Shown: one piece after another, positions 9,338 through 21,704 of the stretch
How the letters are laid out: the number at the start of each line of letters is the position of its first letter
Position numbering within the stretch: the first letter of the stretch is position 1
Notes under the pieces: model-generated
What the model was told of the DNA's origin: nothing
The model's input: the letters and a program-made list of their open reading frames with translations, nothing else
Database searches by the model: none
Assembly (NCBI RefSeq): GCF_002105155.1
Contig: NW_019029000.1
Span: forward strand, 620,001-672,590
DNA length: 52,590 nucleotides
Direction: 5' to 3'
Source: Lobosporangium transversale
Lineage: Eukaryota
Made by a program: the position numbers and the translations under genes

Positions 9338-11842
9338 ATGGCCACCACAAGGAGCTCAACACAAAAAAACATGGCTGCAAATGATTCCACAGAGAGCCAA
9401 GCACAAATAAAAATGACTGCAAATAAGCCTGAGGATGCCTCCACACTCAATAAACGAAAAAGAGTAAACCAGCACCCACAACGAAAAAAGCGCGCCATCC
9501 CACTGCTGCAGCTGAACTGTGTTGTCGAGGGAGAAGCAACGTCGTTCCCAGTAGAGATTTTCTGCGATAAATCGGTCGGGATGCTCAAGCAAGCCATCAA
9601 GGTAGCAAAGAAGCCAGAACTTGATCATGTTGCCGCAGATAAGCTCATCCTCTACAAGGTCTCCATCCCTGACGAAGACAAGACCGTCGTCGAGTCAGAA
9701 ATCGAGTCAAAAGAGGCTCTCGCACCCGCGTCAATGAAGCTTGGGGTGATATTTAATTCTGAACTTCCAGAGAACACTATCCATGTTTTTGTCAAGCCAC
9801 CACAGCGAGGTATATCTTTGGCTCTTGATGGACTGATTGTTGATATTTCAGCTGATGAAGCTTGGTTTATATCTTAAACGGCCATGTGCATGATATCACC
9901 ATTTGGTTTGTGTCTTGATAACTCAACGTTCTTTCTCATTATTCGCTTTTGATACTTAGCTCAGAAAAGAAAACAAGATGGAGATTCTGGTGAGTGCTTT
10001 TGGCTGAGAACCTGGTTATTGATCAATTCAGAGTGATGTGCAGTGCAATAAATCAAAAATATTGACTTTGATCACTCCTCTAAAAAAGATCGTCCAAGTA
10101 TAAATAGAGATGCTCTTATGGATGCGATTACAGAAGCAGGGCTTGTAACGAAAGGGATAGTGAATGGTAGCCCTGCCATCTCGCGTCTAAACTCGAAAGA
10201 GAGGGTCAAGCTGCTTTCGTACATGGGGAAGGAGTTAGCAGTAGATAGTGTTTACTACAGCATTATTAGCGTGGCTTGCGAGCTCCGAAATTCTGGTGGT
10301 ATCAAGGGTTCCAAAATATTGACTGCCCCTGAGGATTATATCTTCCCTATTGCTAAAACAAGGCATCTTTATATCAGAGATGAATATAAAGAGCTTTATG
10401 ACCATATTACATCCGGATTAAGTACCCCTCATGAAGTACCTCGTTTGAACCAACTCTTTGTCACTGGAACGCCTGGAATTGGGAAGTCAGCCTTTTTGGT
10501 CTATTTTGCCATCCGCCTCCTTGCCGAACACGATGAGGAAAATCCACCGATTATTATTTTCCAAGAGAAGCAGTATACCAAATGTTATGTTTATGGAGGA
10601 ACAACTTGCCAACGTAAAGGGAATATAACGATGTTCGAAGATTTCCTTGACCTACGTGAAACGTGGTATTTAGTTGATAGTGGTAAAAATCCTCAACCAG
10701 GTAAAGCCAGGACGATATTTTCAGCATCGCCAAGAACTCTCTATGGGCATTACGATGAACTCACCAAGGAAAATACACCAAATAGCTACTATCACATGTC
10801 ACTCTGGAGTCTGGATGAACTTAAGGAATGTAGAGCCAATGTAAAGTTTTTTCATGTAGTGAGTGAAGCATTTTTGGAGGAGCTTTTTTACCAGTTGGGG
10901 GGAGTGCCAAGACAGGTTCTACAGTGTCCAGCCGATATACTATCCAAAAATCAAAAACATACTGAGCGTGCTAAAGAAGCTGCGTTATTCCGCGTCAATG
11001 ATGCCATTAGAACACTCGAGAAACCAGCAGATCTTCTAAGCCTCTTTGCACGAGGAAAAGATGCGAGTGGATTTAGTCGTTTACTCCATAGAGTGCCCAC
11101 TTCTGACCATCTCGACTTCTACCTGGTGTGGGCATCTCGTTGGGTCGAATCACAGATTATGGACAAAATAAAAGATAACACTTGGGTCGATGTGTTGGCG
11201 AAACTTGTCATAGGCGGAGAGGATATAGATAAAGGCCCACTGTTTGAAATCTATGCTCATCACTTATTTCGACGTGGTGATATTAGATTTCCCTTTAGGG
11301 ATCTCCAGTCAGGCGAAACAGGATTTCTTGATTTTCCAGCAAATCCAGAAGAGGTGTTTATCCGGACTTCAGAGGAATTATCAGGGCTCACTCAAGCAGC
11401 TGGCAAGTTGTTTGTACCAGAACATTCTAAATTTCCGTGCATTGATTTTGCATTGGGACCCAACAAGCTATTTCAGGTCACAGTATCAGAGGAGCATCCG
11501 ATCAAGCAAGCATCATTCAAGGAGATAATTGATTGTATTACTGGACCCTGCTTGAAGGGAGACCAATCAAAGTCGAAGGGGGACCGATCAAAGTCGAAGG
11601 GAGACCGCTCAAAGTCGAAGGGAGACCAATCAAAGTCGAAGGGAAGTGATGATATTTTCCTCTATTTTGTGGTGCCAGGAGACGTATATGACGACTTTAA
11701 AGTTCAGAACTTTCTTACCACCAGAAATACGGTCGTCAAGGATCCATATAAATGCGTAAAACATGTAAGACAGTGTGTCATAAAAATCGACACCGAAGCT
11801 GCATATTCAGGAGGATCAGCCGGTACGAATCTGAAGAATTAA
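9338..11842 (+). CDS. Crinkler (CRN) family effector copy 1: Ubl header + P-loop NTPase + PD-(D/E)xK nuclease, ~751 aa, exons 9338-9809, 9960-9989, 10089-11842
   Basis: Header LNCVVEGE..FPVEI..SVGMLKQAIK..ADKLILYKV..TIHVFVKPP. Walker A VTGTPGIGKS and WYLVDS. Nuclease FPCIDF..LFQVTVSEEHPIK. GT-AG introns 9810-9959 and 9990-10088 join the frames without stops. Confidence 0.9.
11554..11644 (+). repeat. 21-bp coding tandem repeat x4 (KGD[Q/R]SKS); also at ~7077-7167, ~14275-14365, ~31213-31303
   Basis: Unit gaagggagaccaatcaaagtc repeated four times plus a partial copy. Confidence 0.95.
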
Positions 11843-14076
11843 ATCGAATACCAATCAAGTGGATGAAATTTTGTCTTTTTTAAAAAAAGCATTATACCCG
11901 TTCCTTGAGAAATTTTTACAATGGTTCATTCTTTATGAATGAAGCCATCATTATCCACTTACCTTCTAGACGAATAAATAGAGCGGTTTAATCCGTCCTC
12001 CCTTCTACTGGGGCATTTAGAACTTTATAAAGCTGTGATCATTATGCGATCTTGTGTGCAAGAAAAGGCAGGATTTTGTGATACTATTATCAAAGAGTTT
12101 TGTAAAAACGGATAGAGATGAAGAATCCTGTGGAGAACCCAGTGAGAGTCTGATGATGAGACCCAAAATCATATTATTATCACCAGGACAGCTGGCATAG
12201 GAAATTATCCTTTCTCGTATGCTTTGTCATCTGGATGCTTGCCACTTGCGAAAGACCTATCAATTATCATCATCCAGGGCGCCAAAACCTTTACCGGGAG
12301 CTAGGATGACAGCTCCACTCTAAAGACATAAATGTCGTTTTAGCCCCATGGTGCGTGCACGGGATGGCAACCTGTGACCAATGAGATCATATTAGTTGTA
12401 TGTTCGGCCAATTCAGTGTCAGTATGTGAAGGCGGCGCGTCTTGAATCTCTAGGCGTCCAGGGACATGGAATAAAAAAACATCAAGAATGTGGCCAAGGC
12501 TGCCACGCGATTGACCGGTAAAATGTGATACAATATTGGATTGTGTCGTCAGTATATTAATAGTTCTCGGTATATTAATGCTACATGCTGTTGAGGGCAT
12601 CAATCTCGCCAGAATCATCCCCTCTCACATCAATTCATGCCAGACGGATGAAAGATTAGGAGGAAAAGGTCCTTGATGTCTGGGATATCCACGCTTGTTT
12701 ATAGTCTCACCAAAAGTTCTGTGCCTTGCGTTCATAGGCGGTTAATCGCAGTTTGGTTTTCGTATACCCCTTGAAGAACGTAAGCAAAAATGCCTTTATG
12801 TTTTATATTTGATGCTCATCAATTTACCCTTTTTACTTGTCCGAAGGTAGAATGACGCCTAGCCAATGGATGCTATTGCAAGTGTGTCCACAGGTCCTTG
12901 GAGAAGTTCATTGAGGAAACTCGGTTCCATCCAGGACAGATTTATTCCTAGCGCTCTTCACAAAAGTAGCAGAATTACTTGGTGGAGTTGGCTTTAATTG
13001 CCTTGACAAGCTCCTGCAAGATTGGTTCGACAATCTAATCAGGGTCCTTTCGGAGTGGCATCAAAGCAACTCTATGTTTTTGGTTGTTTTGAACGAGGCG
13101 CAGGATATTTGGAGGGGAGGCTAAATACCAGTGTATTAACAACAACGACACTAAGCGACCAATATTATCAGCATTCTTTCATGGATTGGAGGGCTTATCA
13201 GAGGATTTACCACGAATTTGCATAGTTCCTTGCGGGATAGGCTTTTGTATTTATGATCCTGCTTGGGTTAAGAGAACTGGCAAAGCTTCAAGGAATATCG
13301 AGAAGTTCTCGATGACTTGAGGTTCAAGAGTGCAGTATCGTTTCCTAGATGGGATAATCAAGCAAAAGTCCGGACATACTTCAAGACACTCGTGTGATAT
13401 TTGGTCAATCGCGTGGCAGCCTTGGCCACATTCTTGATGTTTTTTTATTCCATGTCCCTGGACGCCTAGAGATTCAAGACGCGCCGCCTTCACATACTGA
13501 CACTGAATTGGCCGAACATACAACTAATATGATCTCATTGGTCACAGGTTGCCATCCCGTGCACGCACCATGGGGCTAAAACGACATTTATGTCTTTAGA
13601 GTGGAGCTGTCATCCTAGCTCCCGGTAAAGGTTTTGGCGCCCTGGATGATGATAATTGATAGGTCTTTCGCAAGTGGCAAGCATCCAGATGACAAAGCAT
13701 ACGAGAAAGGATAATTTCCTATGCCAGCTGTCCTGGTGATAATAATATGATTTTGGGTCTCATCATCAGACTCTCACTGGGTTCTCCACAGGATTCTTCA
13801 TCTCTATCCGTTTTTACAAAACTCTTTGATAATAGTATCACAAAATCCTGCCTTTTCTTGCACACAAGATCGCATAATGATCACAGCTTTATAAAGTTCT
13901 AAATGCCCCAGTAGAAGGGAGGACGGATTAAACCGCTCTATTTATTCGTCTAGAAGGTAAGTGGATAATGATGGCTTCATTCATAAAGAATGAACCATTG
14001 TAAAAATTTCTCAAGGAACGGGTATAATGCTTTTTTTAAAAAAGACAAAATTTCATCCACTTGATTGGTATTCGAT

Positions 14077-16581
14077 TTAATTCTTCAGATTCGTACCGGC
14101 TGATCCTCCTGAATATGCAGCTTCGGTGTCGATTTTTATGACACACTGTCTTACATGTTTTACGCATTTATATGGATCCTTGACGACCGTATTTCTGGTG
14201 GTAAGAAAGTTCTGAACTTTAAAGTCGTCATATACGTCTCCTGGCACCACAAAATAGAGGAAAATATCATCACTTCCCTTCGACTTTGATTGGTCTCCCT
14301 TCGACTTTGAGCGGTCTCCCTTCGACTTTGATCGGTCCCCCTTCGACTTTGATTGGTCTCCCTTCAAGCAGGGTCCAGTAATACAATCAATTATCTCCTT
14401 GAATGATGCTTGCTTGATCGGATGCTCCTCTGATACTGTGACCTGAAATAGCTTGTTGGGTCCCAATGCAAAATCAATGCACGGAAATTTAGAATGTTCT
14501 GGTACAAACAACTTGCCAGCTGCTTGAGTGAGCCCTGATAATTCCTCTGAAGTCCGGATAAACACCTCTTCTGGATTTGCTGGAAAATCAAGAAATCCTG
14601 TTTCGCCTGACTGGAGATCCCTAAAGGGAAATCTAATATCACCACGTCGAAATAAGTGATGAGCATAGATTTCAAACAGTGGGCCTTTATCTATATCCTC
14701 TCCGCCTATGACAAGTTTCGCCAACACATCGACCCAAGTGTTATCTTTTATTTTGTCCATAATCTGTGATTCGACCCAACGAGATGCCCACACCAGGTAG
14801 AAGTCGAGATGGTCAGAAGTGGGCACTCTATGGAGTAAACGACTAAATCCACTCGCATCTTTTCCTCGTGCAAAGAGGCTTAGAAGATCTGCTGGTTTCT
14901 CGAGTGTTCTAATGGCATCATTGACGCGGAATAACGCAGCTTCTTTAGCACGCTCAGTATGTTTTTGATTTTTGGATAGTATATCGGCTGGACACTGTAG
15001 AACCTGTCTTGGCACTCCCCCCAACTGGTAAAAAAGCTCCTCCAAAAATGCTTCACTCACTACATGAAAAAACTTTACATTGGCTCTACATTCCTTAAGT
15101 TCATCCAGACTCCAGAGTGACATGTGATAGTAGCTATTTGGTGTATTTTCCTTGGTGAGTTCATCGTAATGCCCATAGAGAGTTCTTGGCGATGCTGAAA
15201 ATATCGTCCTGGCTTTACCTGGTTGAGGATTTTTACCACTATCAACTAAATACCACGTTTCACGTAGGTCAAGGAAATCTTCGAACATCGTTATATTCCC
15301 TTTACGTTGGCAAGTTGTTCCTCCATAAACATAACATTTGGTATACTGCTTCTCTTGGAAAATAATAATCGGTGGATTTTCCTCATCGTGTTCGGCAAGG
15401 AGGCGGATGGCAAAATAGACCAAAAAGGCTGACTTCCCAATTCCAGGCGTTCCAGTGACAAAGAGTTGGTTCAAACGAGGTACTTCATGAGGGGTACTTA
15501 ATCCGGATGTAATATGGTCATAAAGCTCTTTATATTCATCTCTGATATAAAGATGCCTTGTTTTAGCAATAGGGAAGATATAATCCTCAGGGGCAGTCAA
15601 TATTTTGGAACCCTTGATACCACCAGAATTTCGGAGCTCGCAAGCCACGCTAATAATGCTGTAGTAAACACTATCTACTGCTAACTCCTTCCCCATGTAC
15701 GAAAGCAGCTTGACCCTCTCTTTCGAGTTTAGACGCGAGATGGCAGGGCTACCATTCACTATCCCTTTCGTTACAAGCCCTGCTTCTGTAATCGCATCCA
15801 TAAGAGCATCTCTATTTATACTTGGACGATCTTTTTTAGAGGAGTGATCAAAGTCAATATTTTTGATTTATTGCACTGCACATCACTCTGAATTGATCAA
15901 TAACCAGGTTCTCAGCCAAAAGCACTCACCAGAATCTCCATCTTGTTTTCTTTTCTGAGCTAAGTATCAAAAGCGAATAATGAGAAAGAACGTTGAGTTA
16001 TCAAGACACAAACCAAATGGTGATATCATGCACATGGCCGTTTAAGATATAAACCAAGCTTCATCAGCTGAAATATCAACAATCAGTCCATCAAGAGCCA
16101 AAGATATACCTCGCTGTGGTGGCTTGACAAAAACATGGATAGTGTTCTCTGGAAGTTCAGAATTAAATATCACCCCAAGCTTCATTGACGCGGGTGCGAG
16201 AGCCTCTTTTGACTCGATTTCTGACTCGACGACGGTCTTGTCTTCGTCAGGGATGGAGACCTTGTAGAGGATGAGCTTATCTGCGGCAACATGATCAAGT
16301 TCTGGCTTCTTTGCTACCTTGATGGCTTGCTTGAGCATCCCGACCGATTTATCGCAGAAAATCTCTACTGGGAACGACGTTGCTTCTCCCTCGACAACAC
16401 AGTTCAGCTGCAGCAGTGGGATGGCGCGCTTTTTTCGTTGTGGGTGCTGGTTTACTCTTTTTCGTTTATTGAGTGTGGAGGCATCCTCAGGCTTATTTGC
16501 AGTCATTTTTATTTGTGCTTGGCTCTCTGTGGAATCATTTGCAGCCATGTTTTTTTGTGTTGAGCTCCTTGTGGTGGCCAT
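14077..16581 (-). CDS. Crinkler effector copy 2 (inverted duplicate of copy 1; exons 16581-16110, 15959-15930, 15830-14077)
   Basis: Translations identical to copy 1. Confidence 0.9.
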
Positions 16582-17103
16582 TGAAAATTAAGATGAGTGG
16601 GACTGAGTGTGGTTGAAATGCAGGGAGAATGATGGTTAAATAGGCGAAGGTATATTCTATACTCTTTCACACTCGTGGTCGCTGTATGAAAACAAAAATG
16701 AAAAATGTGTAAGGCAAAAAAAAAAAGGAAAGGAAAGATAAATTTAATCCTTTATTTTAAGGTTAGGCGATGTGTGAGAAAATATTTTTTTCAAATAGCC
16801 ACGTGCTATTTTCTGGGTCATTGTGACGTGACAATCTTGAATTAATCTATTTGACAACCCCAAGCTCACTGTTATTTGACAACCCTTTTTTATTGGCAAG
16901 ATTATTATGTGAAAATCGTTCTATTGCTATCCCTCAGCAACACGGAATCCCTCCAGCAATCTAAAAGCTTCCATCAAATAACAAACCTTTTTTTTGGTTA
17001 CGAGGTGTTGTTTTTTATTACAACTGATTTCTAAAACAAGGGTTTGCTTTTATAGAAAATGTGCCTATACGGGTAACATGCACTAAGGGGTTTTTTGGAT
17101 ATA

Positions 17104-18706
17104 CAGTGGTCATCAAAAGTCATTCAATGATTTTGAATTTTTAACATTCTCATTCCTTTTCTTCATTCTCATCTAGCATGTGGCTAGTATATTTGGGGTA
17201 GTGCATTTGTTCCCCACACTCATGATTACTTTCATGTCTCATTCTTAATTATGACTTCATTGTGAAATAAAACCAATTTCAATTTGACCTGTCTATTGAA
17301 TGACTTTGCTGATTTTGAATGTTGATTGCAAAAAAAACTTTTTCACTTCTCTTTTTTCTACCAAGGTTACCTTCAGCTATATCTTCATACACCTCTACTT
17401 ACAATTAACATTCCACATCGCTTAGTATTTATTATGAGGAGGCTTTCTATGGAAAAGGTACAAAATGTTCAGGCCTTACTTTGACAAGGGAAGTCTACAA
17501 GCGAAGTGGCAAGGCAACTTGGTATCTCTATTTCATCGGCAATAAGGATCAGGAGGGACGTCAAGGACAATATTCCTAAACCCAGAATGGGCAGACCCTC
17601 GTTGGTTTCCCCTGCTACCAAGAGGGTAATTGCACGCGAGGTTGATACGGGGAAATTTAGATCCATTCTGGCAGTTCAAGAATACATCAAATCGAGCCAT
17701 GGAGCGCATGTCAGTGTAGAGACTGCCCGATGCTATGTAAAATCAGAGGGTTTGAAAAACTATGTCCGCCCATTCAAGCCTAGGCTGACAAAAATGCAGA
17801 TTGCGGAAAGGAAGAATTTTGCCCTCAACCACCTTGACTGGACTGTTGATGACTGGAAGCGAGTGATGTTCTCGGACGAAAAGCTTTTTGAAAGGCTAGG
17901 GTCCTTAGGAGGAAGAACACAATATAGGCGACCCGGCCACAGGACTTTAGAAGATCGAGATGTTAGAGAGAGATCAAGGGGAGCACATAACAAACTTATG
18001 TGGTGGGGCTGTATCACTTATCATGGTGTAGGCGATGGTTGCAGGATCCCTGTCACAGTTGATTCCTCTTTATATGTTGATGTTCTACAAGATTATGTCC
18101 TCGGCTCATGGAAGTGGTATGGCCAGGACCCTGAAAAGTTAATTTTTCAGCAGGACAATGCAAGTGTTCATACGAGTAGGATGGTTAAAGAGTTCTTTAT
18201 TAAGTCACACATTACCACTTTGGAGTGGCCTCCAAATTCTCCTGACCTCAACCCTATCGAGAATGTATGGGCCTACATGGATCATCGGCTCAAGGGATAT
18301 GAGAAGGTACCAAAGGATCTGGATGAACTATGGGAAAGACTACAGGATATCTGGACATCTATTCCACCTGACTTCCTTGATGAGCTATATGAAAGTATGC
18401 CACGAAGGGTAGAGGAACTACATCGCATGAAAGGAGGTCGTACACATTACTGAAGAACAGAAAAAAAAAAACAAATAAAGCAAAGCTGCTGATTTTCTTC
18501 AAATGTCATTCAATGAGATGCCAATAATTGGCATTCATCTAAATTTTCAATTAGCAACAGGAGCTCATTGACATTGTAGTAGGAGTGACATTGTCGATGG
18601 TCGAACTCGCTACGTAAGTTTCATTAGCGACAAGCAAGATCAAATTGGAGAAAGGAATGAGAATGTCGAAATTCCTAATTCATTGAATGACTTTTGATGA
18701 CCACTG
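17104..18706 (+). mobile_element. Tc1-like family A copy 2; transposase pseudogene 17434-18453
   Basis: Perfect 27-bp TIRs, with TA at 17102-17103 and 18707-18708. CGA>TGA stop at 17482-17484 relative to A1. DD34E. Confidence 0.95.
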
Positions 18707-19362
18707 TACCGGTTAGCACCCCGCAAGTCCATCTTAAGGTTACAGATGCTCTGCCTCGTTTCTACAACAACTCCGACCTGCGCAAGTTTCTAGATGAAGT
18801 CCGTCATGTTGTTTGCACATTCGTAGGCCGAGAATCGCTCGAACAGTCCTGTGACCGATACTTGCTTTACCTGACGGTTAGTGAGTATCATCGCCAGTAT
18901 CTCGAACAGGAACTGGAAAAACTCCCAGAAGAGCAGAAAACCTGGGAGAAATGTGAAGCGACTTTCCTGAAGATCGCCCTTACGGAACAAGAACGTATGT
19001 CGCAGTTTAAGAAACTACTTGAGACTGGTAGAGGAGCGCGCGAGACTTTCCATCAATTCGCCATGCGTGTGGACCGAGATGTACGAGTATACGGTATCAG
19101 CGACGATAGCGAGATGGTTATCTCCCTCCTGACGGCCACAGTGAAAAACTTTATGCTCGATCTTATGATTACCAGGTTACAAGTCCTGAAACAAGAACCG
19201 GTGCTCGCCTTTAAGTCAATCTCAGAATTTACAAAGATTTTGGGAAGTCTTACTGGTCCCCACATCCCGCAAGAGGTTATTACCGATGATAATCCTGCAC
19301 CTCATCGCCGTGACACAGGTCCAATGCGCCGCGCACGAGCATCTGAGGAAAGATTTAACCCT

Positions 19363-19839
19363 TGTTGTAAATAGTAGGTGTATCTTTGCTTAAGGGGCAA
19401 AAAGATAGACACAAAATCAGGAAAGGACAGTACAAAGAGTGTCAACAAGAATAACAAGAGAGAATACAGACAACCACCTTGACGACAAACAGCGTCATAG
19501 GATGCCGAAAGAGAAAGATGGGAGCTTTATAGGTTAGCTCACAAACTGAGTTCCTGGACGGCAAATGCTTGTTGTGAAAAGGGGAAAAGATAATAGCAAG
19601 AACAAGACGTATGGGGAAAACTGAAGACTTTATTGAGGAAGAAGTTCTTTGGCTTTTATAACTTAGCCTACAGGCCTGGCTGTGGTGCTTTCTAGGTGAG
19701 GTGGACTCACCGATAGCTTAAGGCTTTGCACAAAGGTTCTTTTAACTGTGGATCGACAGAATGTCCCGATTAGTAGATACAAAGTAAAAATAAAATAGTT
19801 ATAATTAATTTATATAACTATTAATGACCAGCCACAACA
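19363..19839 (-). mobile_element. Solo LTR (477 bp) inserted in gag
   Basis: TGTTGT...ACAACA termini. Flanks CCCT/CTCT (4-bp TSD with 1 mismatch). Removal restores FNP|KGKAY in frame. TATAAAA and AATAAA on the minus strand suggest orientation. Confidence 0.8.
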
Positions 19840-20748
19840 CTCTAAGGGCAAAGCCTACAATGAGGAGGCTAAGTCAAAACCCCTCTATGATTGCCAGCAA
19901 TGCGGCAAAAATTCCTCCCACAATACGGATGGACACAAACAATGTGCAAAATGCAATGCACGAGGCCATCTGGCATCCGAATGTACCAGAAACAATAATA
20001 GGTCTGGTAAGAATCGTCCTAAATCTAATTATAATATGTCACTGCATAAGCAAACAGTTCTTAATAACACTCTGTCGAATTCTACTGTTAATACACAGGT
20101 TTCAACAAGTCCACCTCAAGTCCTCGATGACTTAAACGAAGCTCATTCGCTAGAAAAGAATAAAAAAGAGATTTCAATACATCCCAAAAATCTATTAAAT
20201 TTATCATTTTATGCTCAAACATATCAAAACCCTTCTCTCATGAAACCACCATTGATGATCTTTGGCACCCAGCCTAGAATCTCTATGGAGTTAATCAACC
20301 CCACAATATTGTCATGGCATGATCAATGCGTCACTGCTACTCTCGAATCTCAATTTATACACTCACCTTCTCATATAAGAGTTTCATCTTTATCTTCTTC
20401 GAATGTTATCCCTAACGATGATGTCCATATCTTAGCCAAACTCCATCTCAATCAAGAGAGGGCTGACAAAAGAATCATAGTTTTTGTTAACTTCGAAGGG
20501 GAAAAATATGAAGCTTTGGTTGACACAGGCGCGAGCGTTACGTGTATCCGAAAAGATATTATCCTTAAACATAACAAAGGAATCTCTCCTGTTGCAGGCG
20601 TTATCACTCTAGCCGATGAGAGCCTGACTATTCCCCGTATAGGTGTGGTAGAAAATATAGAACTCGCATATGGCAGTCGAATCGTATCGGCAACGTTAGA
20701 AGTGATCAATCGATCATACCCCTTTATCATAGGGATGGATTTATTTTA

Positions 20749-21704
20749 TAGTGCGTTTTACTTAGTAGCAACAATAAACCTTATTTTTGAGCATTTTGGT
20801 CTGACCGCAGTCACATTGTTTACAGAGTGCTAATGGGACTAGATTTCAGTCCATTCACTCTTCTTACAGGCGAAACATACTCCATGAACTACTCTGAAGA
20901 CTACTATATAAAAGAATTGCGAGGAAAGCCAAAAGGGATTAGACGGGTTCTTATAGAAAGGAAACTTCGGAGAAAGGATCTTAAGATGATATGTGCGAGC
21001 TGCAAGGTTCGTGATTACTCTAATAATCAAAGCTCATGTTGTTGTACACGCATTTTGGAGCTACAATAGGATTTTATGGCACAGCGATCACTTCTAGAGG
21101 AGATTGCAGGCAAACATGAGCAGCAAATCATTTTCTATCCAAAGTACCACTGCGAACTGAACTTCATCGAGATGTTCTGGGGTGCAAGCAAGCGCTATAC
21201 TAGAGCAAACTGTGATTATACTTTCAAAGGTCTGCAAGAAACAATACCAAAGGCATTGGCTTCTGTAACTATACTTAGTATTCGAAAGTATGCAAGGAGG
21301 AGTTTCCGATACATGAACGCAAAAAGGAATAATATGTCTGGCCACGTTGCCGAGCTGCAAGTGAAAAAATATAAATCTCATAGGCGCATTCTAGCCAATT
21401 GGGATTTGAGGACAGAATAGACTACCCTTAACATCGTTATGATGTCATCTCAATTAAAGTTTTAGCCAATCATAATTTAAGATTTTTTGGTGCAATTTTC
21501 CCTCACATAGTAAAATAGTCCATCTTTTTTCTTTATGAACTTGGAAAGAAAAAGTCATACCGATAAAAACTTTGTAGAGAATTGGCAAACGAATAACATT
21601 ACGATGAGTTTCCTTGTCTAGCTTTCATGGAGAGTGAGAACATACATTTCCCTCGTGGCCTATTATTTTCCCTAAAAAAGTGTGTGACTAGGAGGAATAC
21701 ACTG
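20749..21704 (+). mobile_element. Internally deleted IS630/Tc1/mariner-superfamily element with transposase C-terminal remnant (~20905-21420)
   Basis: KGIRRVLIER..CCCTRILELQ*DF..FYPKYHCELNFIEMFWG..KKYKSHRRI. Degenerate TIRs tagtgcgttttacttagt / actaggaggaatacactg. TA both sides. Removal restores GMDLFY|QLGFGL. Confidence 0.85.

Larger units (their letters stand above)
8817..17103. repeat. Large inverted duplication: arms 8817-12516 and 13403-17103, spacer 12517-13402
   Basis: ORF coordinates mirror with a constant sum of 25919 (10118/15801, 9338/16581) and the proteins are identical. The junction at 13403-13404 has GG microhomology. Confidence 0.96.

Noticed and set aside
11923..11969. Helitron-like 3' end (hairpin TTCATTC/GAATGAA followed by CTAG) downstream of CRN
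   Set aside because: The stem is AT-rich, CTAG is not conserved in the 6.7-kb and 35-kb copies, and paralog similarity continues past it.
320..18706. A1 and A2 as the ends of an 18.4-kb composite transposon carrying CRN genes
   Set aside because: Orientation is compatible, but the outer flanks (RNase H of one Gypsy, gag of a chromovirus that has its own different RNase H) are not a contiguous target site.
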